Part shown: in pieces, positions 13,870-24,786 of the stretch
How the letters are laid out: every line of letters starts with the position of its first letter
How positions within the stretch are numbered: the first letter of the stretch is position 1
Assembly: GCF_036321535.1 (NCBI RefSeq)
Contig: NC_087447.1
Span: forward strand, 34,226,001-34,290,000
Length of the DNA: 64,000 nucleotides
Direction of reading: 5' to 3'
Source: Camelus dromedarius
Lineage: Eukaryota
Translations under genes and position numbers: made by a program
The notes under the pieces: model-generated
What the model saw: the letters and a program-made list of their open reading frames with translations, nothing else
The model's database searches: none
What the model was told of the DNA's origin: nothing

Positions 13870-14090
13870 GTAGTGGCTTATGTGACCCAGTTTAAAGCCC
13901 AGCTCCACAGCTTCTTAGCTGTGTGATCTCAGCTGTGTAACATAACCTCTCTGGGCCACAGTTTCCTCATCTATAACAGAGTTAATACTACCTACTTCAT
14001 AAGAGGAATTGTGAGAAGATTATATGACACCAGTAAAATGCTTAGTGTGATGCCCAGCACACAGTGAGTGTTCTACGTATAGTAGCTCTC
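13870..14090 (+). mobile_element. MIR SINE
   Basis: tagctgtgtgatct...aacctctctgggccacagtttcctcatctataa...tgcccagcacacagtgagtg. Confidence 0.85.
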
Positions 14091-15717
14091 ATTAACCCCC
14101 AAATTTATGTTCTCATCAGCTGCGTCAAAAATATAAAATGAAAATTTCCTTTTTGATGTCTCCATTGGAGTTAAGCCCAGAAACTCACCTAGGACTTCAT
14201 AGTAAAGAACTAAGGATTCACCTCCTCTGTGATGCCTTTATAAGATTCCTCCCCAGTCCCTGTACCCCAAGCTCCCACCCCCAGAAGGATAAGGCCCACT
14301 CAGGTTTCTCTGCTCTCTAGCTCCCTAGACCCACCTCTATTTCACTTTTAATCATCTAGTGTATAACTTCTTTTCTTGGCTATGCAGCTATGCAGACATG
14401 TAGATTTTCTCTTTCACACTTGGACTCTGAGGGCTTGCAAAACTGAGTTTCAAAAATGTATTTCACATCAGATTTTAATGAGTATGATGCCTAAAACTTC
14501 CAGGAAAAGACACTGTAAAGTGTCTGAAAAGACTAACGGAATCAGAGTCCCACAATGAGGAGGTTTTAGAACGCCTGAACTTACACAGAGTTCACTGTTA
14601 CCTCAGTTGGGTTTATTTTTTCTCTAGTTAATTTCTACCTTGAGAGAGAAGTGAAAAATAAGAAAACAAGCTAGTGGCAGGGAATTGTTTAAAAATCTAA
14701 TTACCAGAGACTGCCTGGTTGGTATACATTCAGCTTAATCTACACCTTCTTTAGAATTTGCCCAAAGTAATATATATAAAGGCTCATGACCCACCCAGGA
14801 AGACTTTGGTCTTCAGAGACCCAACTGAGTTTTCTCAACTCTTAACAACAGTGGGATGGGTATTTTAGGAAGCTTCTTCTACCTGTTTCCCCCCATCCCC
14901 AAAGAGGGGCCAAAAAGTCTTTAAAAAGCACATAAAAGATGCCCAATGAGAGGGATGACTCATGGATATTTGTTCTTCAGTTCACCAGAAAGTACAAGTG
15001 AGCACATGAAGGCCACACGAATACAGATTTCCACCTGCTTTGTTTCCCCCTCTAACCCCGAGCTCAGCACAATGCCTGAAACACAGTAGCCACTCCATAT
15101 GTATTTGCTGAGTGTTCTGAACTAAGGAGTATTTGGGTATGCAGAACAGTTCAACAAATCAAAGTTTTACCGTCTATTTGGAGGCAGCTGTCCTTTCACT
15201 TGGATACATAAATGTACACACTGAAGATGAAAAAAAAGAAAGACCTTGACAAATGGCTGTCTATCACACATGGGAAATTCTAGCAGGCTTGCACTCTGAC
15301 CCTGGACTTTGATACACAACACTGGAGGAATAAATATATAGCTTTTGAGAATCAAGGCCACTCAAAGTATCTTCCAATTGGATATTCACAATGGCCAAAG
15401 TCATAAGTCGCTGGATTCTGATCAAAGCTCAGTTCCGCATTAGTTCATTAGTGCTCATTAAAGTCAAAGATGGATAACTGTGATCCTCAGAGGTCATTTG
15501 AAAGATTCTTTATACACCTTCTGGATAAACGAAACCAAAGGGTTTGGTCTAATTATTCCTCTAACTCCTTTTCATGGTTTGTCACTTAAACCACAGTCAG
15601 GTGCTCCCTGAACTCAACTTTCACGGCTCCTACCAGCCTAATGCTGCCCTGTGACAACATTCAAAATAAACCAACTGGGTGGAGACTATTTGTGACCTAA
15701 GGAATACAAGGGAAGAG

Positions 15718-15831
15718 GAAGGAGGGTATAGCTCAAGTGGCAGGGTGCATGCTTAGCATGCACGAGGTCCTGGGTTCAATCCCCACTACCTCCTTTAAAA
15801 ATAAATAAACCTAATTACGCCCCCCCCAAAA
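15718..15831 (+). mobile_element. tRNA-Ala-derived SINE (Vic-1-like) with perfect 16-bp TSD
   Basis: ggagggtatagctcaagtgg...gcttagcatgcacgaggtcctgggttcaatcccc...aaataaataaacctaattac. The TSD gaatacaagggaagag is at 15702-15717 and 15832-15847. Confidence 0.92.
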
Positions 15832-17494
15832 GAATACAAGGGAAGAGATCGATCAAAGGACCAAGCCCGAACTCAAAATAAATGCTTAATAAAAACACAA
15901 ACCAAGTCTGGACCTCCTCGTTTCCAGTTTCATGTAATTTAAGTACTTCTCCTTTACTCAAATTCTCAAAAATTTCTATAGTTGTCATAAATACTTGGAG
16001 CAACAATAGCAGCTCTGATTCTGCTGGTAAGAAGAACTGAATTTATTAATTGGGGAGGGGGAGGGTCTTTGGCTAAAGCCCCAAAGCAGATAACCAAAAA
16101 AGCAAAGGCATTTGTCCCTCAAAGTCCTCCACTCTGATTAAAACTGGCATTCCCTAAGTGCCAACGGTAATTTATTTATTCCAGCATGTTCAAGACATTC
16201 TTAGCTCACTAATGTGGTAACCTGTCCACACACAGGGTGGCAAATTAGTAACTGGAAAGCATCAGTGCACTTTAAGAAAAATGGCATCAAGCTCATTACT
16301 TTTCAAAAGACCTCCTGGGAAATGTTCGGAGCATTTCAACAGCCCAGGCATCCATCCACACGTGGCATCTATGCGTGTGCACAGGACAGCTGGCAGCCCT
16401 GCCAACGGACAGAAAGAGAAACTGGCCGCCCTCACTGAAAGGCAGATGACTTACCCAAGGTCACGTCATGGTAGTAGTAGGTCATTAACAGAAAGGAGGG
16501 AGAGTCCTGAGTGTTGTCTGAGTTTCCTGCTTGTGCTCAGAGCAGCCCAAATAGTGGTGGAAAGTCAGCTGCTAACAGCTCTCTTCGCCTCTAATGGGAA
16601 ATCTCTTGCTCTCGGCCTTGGCTTCTTCCTCCTCTCCAGTCCTCTTCTGTTTGTCCAGTTTCCCTCCTTCTCTCTCTCCTCTTTCCTCCCTTTCTCCCAC
16701 CCCATCTCTCCCTCGCTCCCTCCGACCCCTTCTGGCATCCTCCCTGAGTGACAGCAATGCAAGTAGGAGGAGGGTGGCCTGTCTCTCCCTCCTGATTCAT
16801 GCTGTTTCTCCTGGCCTCATAAACCTTTCTAATAACTCACGGACATGGCACCGTGATGGGCTGGCAGGCAGCTGCCCGCTTCGGGCAGCTCATGACTCGA
16901 GAAGATAATCACACTAATAAGAGGCTGAACACAGGCACCCACCCTCAGTCACTAAAGCAAGGGCACCAAGAGGCAGCAGCAAAAGGTCCGCTTTCTGCTT
17001 AACGGGTGGAAGGCAAGGGTGGCAAAGCGTGGGCCCCAAATAACCCCACTGTCTGGGAAGGCCAGCCCCTAGGATGGATGAATGGATAGATGGCTAGATC
17101 CTAGGATCCACCTGGGATTGACGAAGACTTAGGTAGGAGTAGCATGTGTGAAAAGCATTTAATGTTTTCCTTCAAGTTACAGATCTGAGCTTTTAAAGGA
17201 TTCCAGCTCTCCAGCATTAGAACTAGCTGAGGAGGTAGAAAGATCCCCAACCAGAAAACACGTGCTTCAACCTTTGCTCTTAGGTGAAAACCCAGAGTTC
17301 ACTGCCCTGTACCTTTCCCTGATTCCCACCCTCCCAACCCTGTCCCCACCCCCGCCACCTCCCCAGTCATGGGTCAGGCCTTATGGCACCCCTGGTCCTC
17401 AAGCATTCGTCCCTCCTGGGCCTAGGAAGAGGATGTCCCTTAAAAGCACAACCTCCCTGCCTGCACGTTTTGATGGTCTTTCATTGAGATGTGT

Positions 17495-18310
17495 TCTTTT
17501 TAAGTATTTCAAAATAACTTCAAACCTACAGAAAAGTTACAAGAATAGTACAGAGAATTCCTAGATACCACCATCCATTCTCATTTTCTCCCTCCCTCTC
17601 TTTCCCTCCTTCTCCCCTATAGGTACATTTTTTTCTTGAAACAGCGGCGTGTAAGCTACATAGGTCATGTCCTTTATCCCTTATTCTCAGTATTTCCAAA
17701 GAATAAGGATATTATCTCATGGTACAATTTTAAAATTCAGAAAATTTAACACTGCTGTAATTCCAATATTCCAATTTTGCCAATTGATTCAAAAACGCCC
17801 TTCATAGCATTTGACTCCCCTGTGCAGGATCCAGTCGAGGATCATGCAGTGCATTTACTTGTCAGGTCTCTTTAGTCTTTCTTCTCGAAAAATTTCTCAC
17901 CCTTTTTCAGACTTCCACAGCACTGACATTTTTTGAACAACTCAGGTCAGTTTCTTTTTTTAATATAGTATTCCACAATTTGGGTCTGCCTGAGATTCCT
18001 CATGATTGGTCTCAGGTTTTCCAACCCTGAGTGGAATACAATGTTAAGCGATGTTGCATTCTTTTCAGGGTACCGCATCAGGAAGCACATGACGACCAGC
18101 TGCCCCTCAGCAGTAATGTAATTTTAATAACCTAGTCATGGTGCCTGGATTCTCCCAAGAGGCTACTTCCCCTTGGAACTAATAAGCAATCAGTGGAGAG
18201 ACACTTTGAGACCATGCAAACAGCCCGCTCTTCATCAAACTTTCTCCTCTAGATTTCAACATTCATTGATGATTCTTGCCTTAACCAATCTGTACCATCA
18301 CAGCTGCAAA
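17495..18310 (-). mobile_element. Old L1 3' UTR (L1MC/MD-like)
   Basis: ttcaaacctacagaaaagttacaagaatagtacagagaattcc...caggatccagtcgaggatcatgca...gtctctttagtc...ggagagacactttgagaccatgcaaa matches an old L1 3' end in reverse. Confidence 0.75.
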
Positions 18311-18974
18311 AATCTCGACGTTTTTACCCCAGCATGTTTAGCTGCCTTCTCATCTCCCCATTTTCTGGGCCTCTGTTCTCCAAAGAGAGCAGACGGTGTG
18401 AGCCTGGCTGTCAGGGGTAGTGACCCACACGCTGACCTCTGGCCTTACTTAGGAGGGAGTCCCTGGCCAGAGTGAGTCTATCCTGGAGGGCTGAGGAAAG
18501 CAACTTGGTGGCCTGAGGTGCAGCCTGGGTCGATGACACTAACTTGAGCCTCTGAAATCGCAGTCCAGTAGCTCCGGCCCAGAGAGGTCACTGTCTAGGG
18601 AGGTTCACCTCATCTGAACAGATTCAGGGACGCAATGATAAAAACTGCTCTAGCTTACATTTCTGTAGCACTATACTTAGTAAATTCATGATATATATGT
18701 TACAATTCACTTCTTCTGGGCCCATGACAGACAGAACTCATCTATCATGACACACTGACACTGATACCAAGGCTTCATCATCTTTGTACACATACCTTTC
18801 TGGGCAGTGGTTACCAAGTGCTACTCAGGAACACCTTCCAGTTTCCAAGCACATTTCCTATTTGATACCTACCTTGCATTTCCTAAGACTGCCACAAGAT
18901 CAGACAATGCAGCCACAGCTGTGCCCATTTTAAAGACAGGGAAACAGAGGTAGCAGAGGCCATGTGCAGAGAAC

Positions 18975-19268
18975 TATGTGGCAAAGAGCAGAGAGGGCCT
19001 TCTCGGAATTGAGGGTGGCCTCCAGCTCACACTCCTATAACTGCAAGGGAATGAATTCTGCCAACAATCTGACCGAGCTTGGTCCCCAGTCAAGCTCCAG
19101 ATGAGAACTACCCCCTGATCAACACCTTGATTGCAGCTCTGCAGAGGCCTGCAGCTAACCTGTGCCTGCACTCCTGGTGCATAGCAAGTGTGAGACAGTT
19201 TTAACATATGTTGTTTTATACCATTAAGTTTGTGACAATTTGTTATACAGCAACAGCAAACTAATATA
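18975..19268 (+). mobile_element. MLT1-family LTR fragment (3' part)
   Basis: aactgcaagggaatgaattctgccaacaa...ccagatgagaac...acaccttgattgcagc...taagtttgtgacaatttgttatacagcaacagcaaactaata. Confidence 0.85.
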
Positions 19269-20251
19269 AGGAAGGAAGGAAAAAGAAGAGAAAGAGAAGG
19301 AGAACCAGTGGAAGCTGATCCTAAGAAGTCAGTCTTAAGACAGCAGGGAAACAACTTTCTCTTTGAGTGACACTCCAGAAGATTCACCTCAGGCCAATTT
19401 GCTTATACTTTTAGGTACAATCTCCACATGTGACCAGAGCTATGACTATACAAGGCCACTTCTCACACTTGAAGGATAAGTAACTTTTCCAATAACAACA
19501 CAAGCCTGAGGGGCTGGGGTTTCTGTCCCTTTTTTCTGCCTTCTGTCTTGGCATGAGTCAGCTGCCAAGGCTGCCAGCGACAACAATCAGCCTAATGCCA
19601 TCTAATTGACCTCCCGCCTCCAAAGTCCGCTCTGAGCTCTCAGGCTGGACCACTAGGATGCTTCCCTTAAGACCCAAGGCAAAGCAGTGCCCAGCCTCTT
19701 CCCGCATGCCTGCCCAGGATGACCCCTCTCCTCCCAGCACATGGCAAGGGCATTAAAAATCCCACCGCCTGGGTTCCCTTCCCCTAGTATTAAAACCAGA
19801 AGCAGCCCTCTGCGGAGTTTGAGCCTTTGATTTCTTGGACCCAGTTAGAGTTCATAGGAATAAACCAGCCCTATGTTGCCTTTTTTTTTTTTTTTTTTTA
19901 ACATTTCCAAAGTAATCCACAAAAAAGCACCATCATGGGGGGAATGAGAGTAAGAAGGGGGACCAAAAGTCCCTTCCCAAACCACCAGCATTTCCCTCCA
20001 GCTATGGCCAGTCTTTCTTCTCAGAGGATCAAGATAAGATTGCTGTGTGGGTGATCCTATCAGGAAAAGTGAGCTGGTACCCACATTCCCCCAGCACAAA
20101 ACTGAGTTAAATAAATTGTCAACCCATGCGACAGAAGCGCTGCCTTTTTCTTAAGAGATGTCAGCGCTCCATTCCCTCTTGCTGGACATGATCCCTCCTG
20201 GACCGGTCTCTGCTGTAACTCGTCCACCCCCAATGTAAAACCTGCTCTTAC

Positions 20252-20369
20252 CCACAACCTGGATAATCTGGGCCAGGAGGACGCCGTCCGTCACATCTTG
20301 CTGGAGATCCTTGATGAGACGTTTGTGGCCTGATTTGGCTAGATAATGATTGGCCCAGTCCGTGTAGAT
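20252..20369 (-). CDS. NAV2: NAV2 internal coding exon (first calponin-homology domain exon), 118 bp, phase 0 to 1
   Basis: Minus-strand translation is IYTDWANHYLAKSGHKRLIKDLQQDVTDGVLLAQIIQVV plus one G. Acceptor is tttgctttttttgcag|ATC and donor is GTGG|gtaaga. Residues DVTDGVLLAQIIQVV fit NAV2 rather than NAV3 (DIADGVLLAEIIQII, from memory). Confidence 0.96.
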
Positions 20370-22079
20370 CTGCAAAAAAAGCAAACAGGCAACTTCAGGA
20401 ACCCAGTCGGACCCCTTCTCAGAGTCTGAGGCAGCTGCTGGGCCGGCGCAGCCAGCACCGTCCGGCAGGAGAGCTGTCTGGGGCCAGCCGCGCCATTAAC
20501 ATGCAGTGCATTGTGCCGATGGGGCATTCAGCTGGCTGAGCCGGCTTTCCCCTATTGAGAGGTCTGCCGTCAAGGCTCAGGAAAAAGCTAAAGAAAGCTT
20601 CAAAACATGCAGACGCCTGAATGGGACAGGGGACACGGAACTAAACAGTCTGCTCCAGGCGGCTCTGAGAGGCAGCAGCTCTAAATGCAGGAGAGGTCCC
20701 CCACCCCACCCCACCGCTCTACCCCGCCCTTTCCCATCTTTTTCTCTTTATTGAGAAAAACGTATGGGGAGGTTACCACCCAATAGGCATCTTTTAATGG
20801 GCCATTTCAGGGAAAGGAGGGCTATTGAGTTAGCGGTGTTCTCAGGAGCCTGGGTCCCTTGTAAAGAAGCCAAGTACCAAAACACAGAGCCCTTCAATTA
20901 CTCTTGAGTGAGTGGAGTTATTGATGGCCTCACAATCATCTCAAATTTAATCGGTTTAATTTAAAAGCCTGGCATCATTTTCACTGTTGGGATTCTGTGA
21001 ATAAAGCCCCAGCAAATTCCAACATATTTAAACACAGCATCAGTGTGCACAGCACCCGAAAGGCAGAGGCTGGGTCATCATAGGCTCAGGAAAGCAGACC
21101 CCCTTGGGGGCTGAGAGACTTGCTCCTCTTGGTCACAGAATCTTTGGCACAAAAGAGTATTTTCTCCCAACAGACCAACAAACACAAGAAAACTCTCACC
21201 TAAGAACTTTCCCCCTATGTAACATAGCCAAAAACAAAATTTTAAATCCTCCTCCTCAGTTCTGAGTGCTATTTCGTACATGGATTTGTGAGTTTGCAAG
21301 GGGACGTGCAGGCATCTTTATCAGCATCTTTTCCCCCCCAGAATGATACAAACAAATAATTGCTCAAAAAGCTGGGCCATGTTAGCAGCCACAGTTCACG
21401 TACTGATGATAGCTTACCAAAATGATGAAGGTGATGGTCAGATCTCTACCAGCAGGTCACCTCTGAGATCTCACGTGACACCAGGGTGGTCCGTGGAGGG
21501 CCTGCCCTTGCCCCAGCTCCCACCCTCCATCCTGTTCTTCCCAGCACCATGCTCAGCAGAATTTCACACAAAGGGCTGCTGCCCGTCAAGGATCCCGAAA
21601 TGGGGACCGAGGGCCAGGGCCTGGGCTTGCAAAGCAGGGCCCTTCTAGGGAGGCAGCACCCCTGACTACTCTGCCTGGGACCAAAAAGGCCTCATATCCC
21701 AAGAGGGGACAAGGCAGACATGCACTTTCTACTTCATCAAGTGCTGAGACCAGACAACCCTTGTCCATCCCCATCCCTGCCACTGCAGAGACCCACACCG
21801 TGGTACGGTTCTGTTTCACACCTCAGACCACGGTATCTAATCCTTAATTCTATGTTACTTTCCTTTCCCATGACTCCAAAGTAGTCAGAGGTCAGTACAG
21901 CAAGATCATTATCAATTTCATAAGCACTGAGAAAGCCAAGGAAGTGGAGCGCAGTTTTGGTCATTACAATGGCCAATTGAAACGTCAATGATCATTAGGT
22001 GAAACTGTCAAGAGGAAGAGGGGCAGGAAAGACATTCCAAGGAAAAGATAAAGACTTAGGTTCAAGTCCTAAATCTTGA

Positions 22080-22570
22080 GTCTCCCCAGGGTAGGGATTC
22101 GAGTCTTTTGTTCAATGATGTATCCCAAGTACCTACAATAACACAAAGCCCATTAGAAATTCTCAATATATACCTGCGGAGAAATGGGTGTATGACTTCA
22201 GGTGAGCTATTTAACTCTCTGTGCCTAGATTTTTTTATCTGTAAAATGGGATCAAAACCATCCATTTGTCAGTCATTATGAGGACTGAGTGATACAACAT
22301 ATTTGAAAAAAGGTACCTGATGTAGAGTAGGAGCTTAATAACAACTAACACACACAGAGCCTAATACATGCCAGGCACTGGTACCAACTCTTTACACATA
22401 TTAACTCACTTCATCCTCATTCTGTAAGGTAGATATTATTATTCCATCTATTTTTCAGAGGAGAAAACTGAAGTGCAGAGAGGTAAAGTAACTTATCCAA
22501 AGTCACAGGTAAGTGGCAGAGCCAGGATGTGAACCCAGGCTGACTGACTCTAGAATCTCTTAGTCACTCT
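22080..22570. mobile_element. L2 3' tail followed by a tail-to-tail MIR pair
   Basis: L2 tail (ttttgttcaatgatgtatccc...), plus-strand MIR (atctgtaaaatggg at ~22238) and minus-strand MIR (gaggagaaaactgaag...aacttatccaaagtcaca...gtggcagagccagg). Confidence 0.75.
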
Positions 22571-22795
22571 ACAACACTGCCCCTCTGAACATGAATAAAA
22601 ATTATTAACACCGCTCACCCCCTCCATGACACCCTCCTACTAACTAAGCTCATTCCTCTATTCAGTTATGTTCTCGTTGAAAGAATTCTTAAAAAATAAA
22701 AACCCAAACTCAGTTCTATCCCTTGCTGTCTGAATGTCCTTAGGCAAGTCACTCAACTTCTCTGGGCTTGTTTATTCCAGTGGAAAAGAGTAACA

Positions 22796-23234
22796 ATTTG
22801 CAGAAACATGGATGGACCTGGAGACTGTTATTCTAAGGGAAATAAGCCAGAAAGAGAAAGAAAAATACCATACATCACTTACACGTGGAATCTGAAAAAA
22901 AAAAAAAAAAGACACAAATGAACTTATTTACAAAACAGAAACAGACTCACAGACATAGAAAACAAATATATGGTTACCAGGGGGGGAATGGAGGTGGGAA
23001 ATAAATTGGGAGTTCAAGATTTGCAGATACTAACTACTATATATAAAATAGATAAACAAGTTTCTACTGTATAGTACAGGGACTATATTCAACATTTTGT
23101 AATAACCTATAATGAAAGTAAAAAAGAATATGAAAAGGAATATATGATGTTTATGTATGACAAACATTATGCTGTACACCAGAAATTGACATGTTGTAAA
23201 TTGACTATACTTCAATTTAATTAATTAATTAAAT
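22796..23234 (+). mobile_element. 5'-truncated cetartiodactyl/camelid-type L1 (ORF2 C-terminus + 3' UTR) inserted in a MIR
   Basis: The start encodes FAETWMDLETVILREISQKEKEKYH, the ORF2 end. The 3' UTR contains gaacttatttacaaaacagaaacagactcacagac. A degenerate TSD is gaaaagagtaaca / gaaaagaataaaa. Confidence 0.9.
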
Positions 23235-24576
23235 GAAAAGAATAAAATAAAATGGCACAGTAAGGACTCCTTCAGAAGCTGGTTGTGAAGGTTCAGTGCA
23301 GCACCACCTGGAAGCCCCGGGCCTGACCCTCAGAGGGGCTCAGGACACAGAGGCAGCAGGGTGGTCAAGAGGAGGGCTTTGGAGTTGACAGACTGCTTTA
23401 AATCTCAGCTGCCACGCTGCCTACTACCTCTGGGCCCTTGGGCCGGGGTGTCCTCACTTACAAGAGGGGGATAATAATATCTACACCATCAGGCTATTAT
23501 GACAATGAAACAAGTTCATGTACCTAAAGGACACAGAATCTGATGTGTGCTTAGTGTTCGGTAAATAAAGGAGAATTAGAAACGTGACTCCCAGCACTGT
23601 AAAATGGGCCATAACAAAACCAGCCATAGCCTCTACTCTGAACCTCCAGGACACACATGACTCAGGGACTCCCCCTCCTTCTCCCTCACACGGAGCAATT
23701 TCAAGAGTCTGGAGCATCCCCATCTGGAATTACAAACTGTGGTGGACTGCTAAAGAAGCAGTCCAGAAACTGGCCAGGCTGGTACATAGAGTGAGGCATC
23801 CTTCCCTAAATAAACAGGAGATACACCCCCCATGCTGTCTCGAGCTCTGGAGGGATCCCACTGGCTGAGGGCCTGAGGGACTGTGAGAACATTCCAAGGT
23901 TGAAAACCATCTGCCCCACGACCACCAGCTAAGGTGAGAACAGGCCATGGACAAGGATGCTGCTGGGTGGAAGGTGATACTGGTACCCCTGCTGACTCCC
24001 CTCCTAGGTGATAAAGGGTATATAAAGTAGATGTACTCTCTCTAAAGCCAGCTCCCATGTCTGTACAACCCAGCAGAAAACTAAGGTCAAGCAAGCTTCT
24101 TTCGACAGATACGTGCACACACAGCATGGAGTCCTGGTGAGGCCACATGGCTATCTGGTATACCAGGGGGACCATTTGAAGTTCTAGAGTGGTCAGAAAT
24201 GGCTCTGCCAAAGAAGTGAAACTCTCTACCCCAAGCTGTCTAAAATAGGAGATCTTCTCTCAACTGTAATCTACCTATCCACAGTGGCCAACTGATTCTT
24301 CCCAGAGCACAGCTCTAATCCAATCGCCTGTTCAAAAACCCCACTGAATTCAAGGCAGACTTTTCACACTGCGATTCAAGGCCATCTTCTCATCCATCCA
24401 CTCCTCTCTAGCCTGCGCCCGACCTTACAGGAGAGGCAGTGCGTGTGAAAGTTAGGGGCACGGGCTTGGGAACTGACCAAGTCAACCTGGCCTTTGGCAA
24501 ATGAATTTCTATTCACCTCTCTATATCTCAGTTTTATCCTCCATAAAATGGGGATTATACCAAATATATGATAAGG

Positions 24577-24786
24577 CAGGGACTGGCCAGCTGTGACCCA
24601 GGCCAAACCCAGCTGACCACCTGTTTCTGTAAACAAAGTTCTATGGGGACCCAGCCATACCTGTGTGCTGTCCATGGCCGCTTTCATACCACAACAGCAC
24701 AGGTAAGTAGTTGTAACAGTCTTTTGGTCCACAAAGCTTTAAATATTCACTGTCCAGCTCTTTACAGAAAAATCTGCCAGCCTATG
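24577..24786. mobile_element. MER58A-like hAT MITE nested in a MIR
   Basis: cctgtttctgtaaacaaagtt...cagccatacc...gtagttgtaacag...aaatattcactgtccagctctttacagaaaaatctgcc, with MIR sequence on both flanks. Confidence 0.8.

Larger units (their letters stand above)
13099..20251 (-). other. NAV2: NAV2 GT-AG intron (7153 bp) between the two CH-domain exons
   Basis: Canonical donor and acceptor, and the reading frame is kept across the junction. Confidence 0.92.

Noticed and set aside
16281..16908. Cluster of long ORFs on both strands
   Set aside because: Caused by a stop-poor C/T low-complexity tract.
18421..18438. TGACCC-N6-TGACCT as a retinoic-acid response element
   Set aside because: The 6-nt spacer is not a canonical DR1/DR2/DR5 spacing.
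20151..20384. 77-aa ORF as a stand-alone gene
   Set aside because: Only 39 codons are a NAV2 exon. The rest is read-through into the introns past clear splice sites.
22190..22570. Inverted MIR pairs as dsRNA or editing substrates (also 8410-8710 and 28610-29000)
   Set aside because: The arrangement is common and the copies look too diverged to form long stable duplexes.
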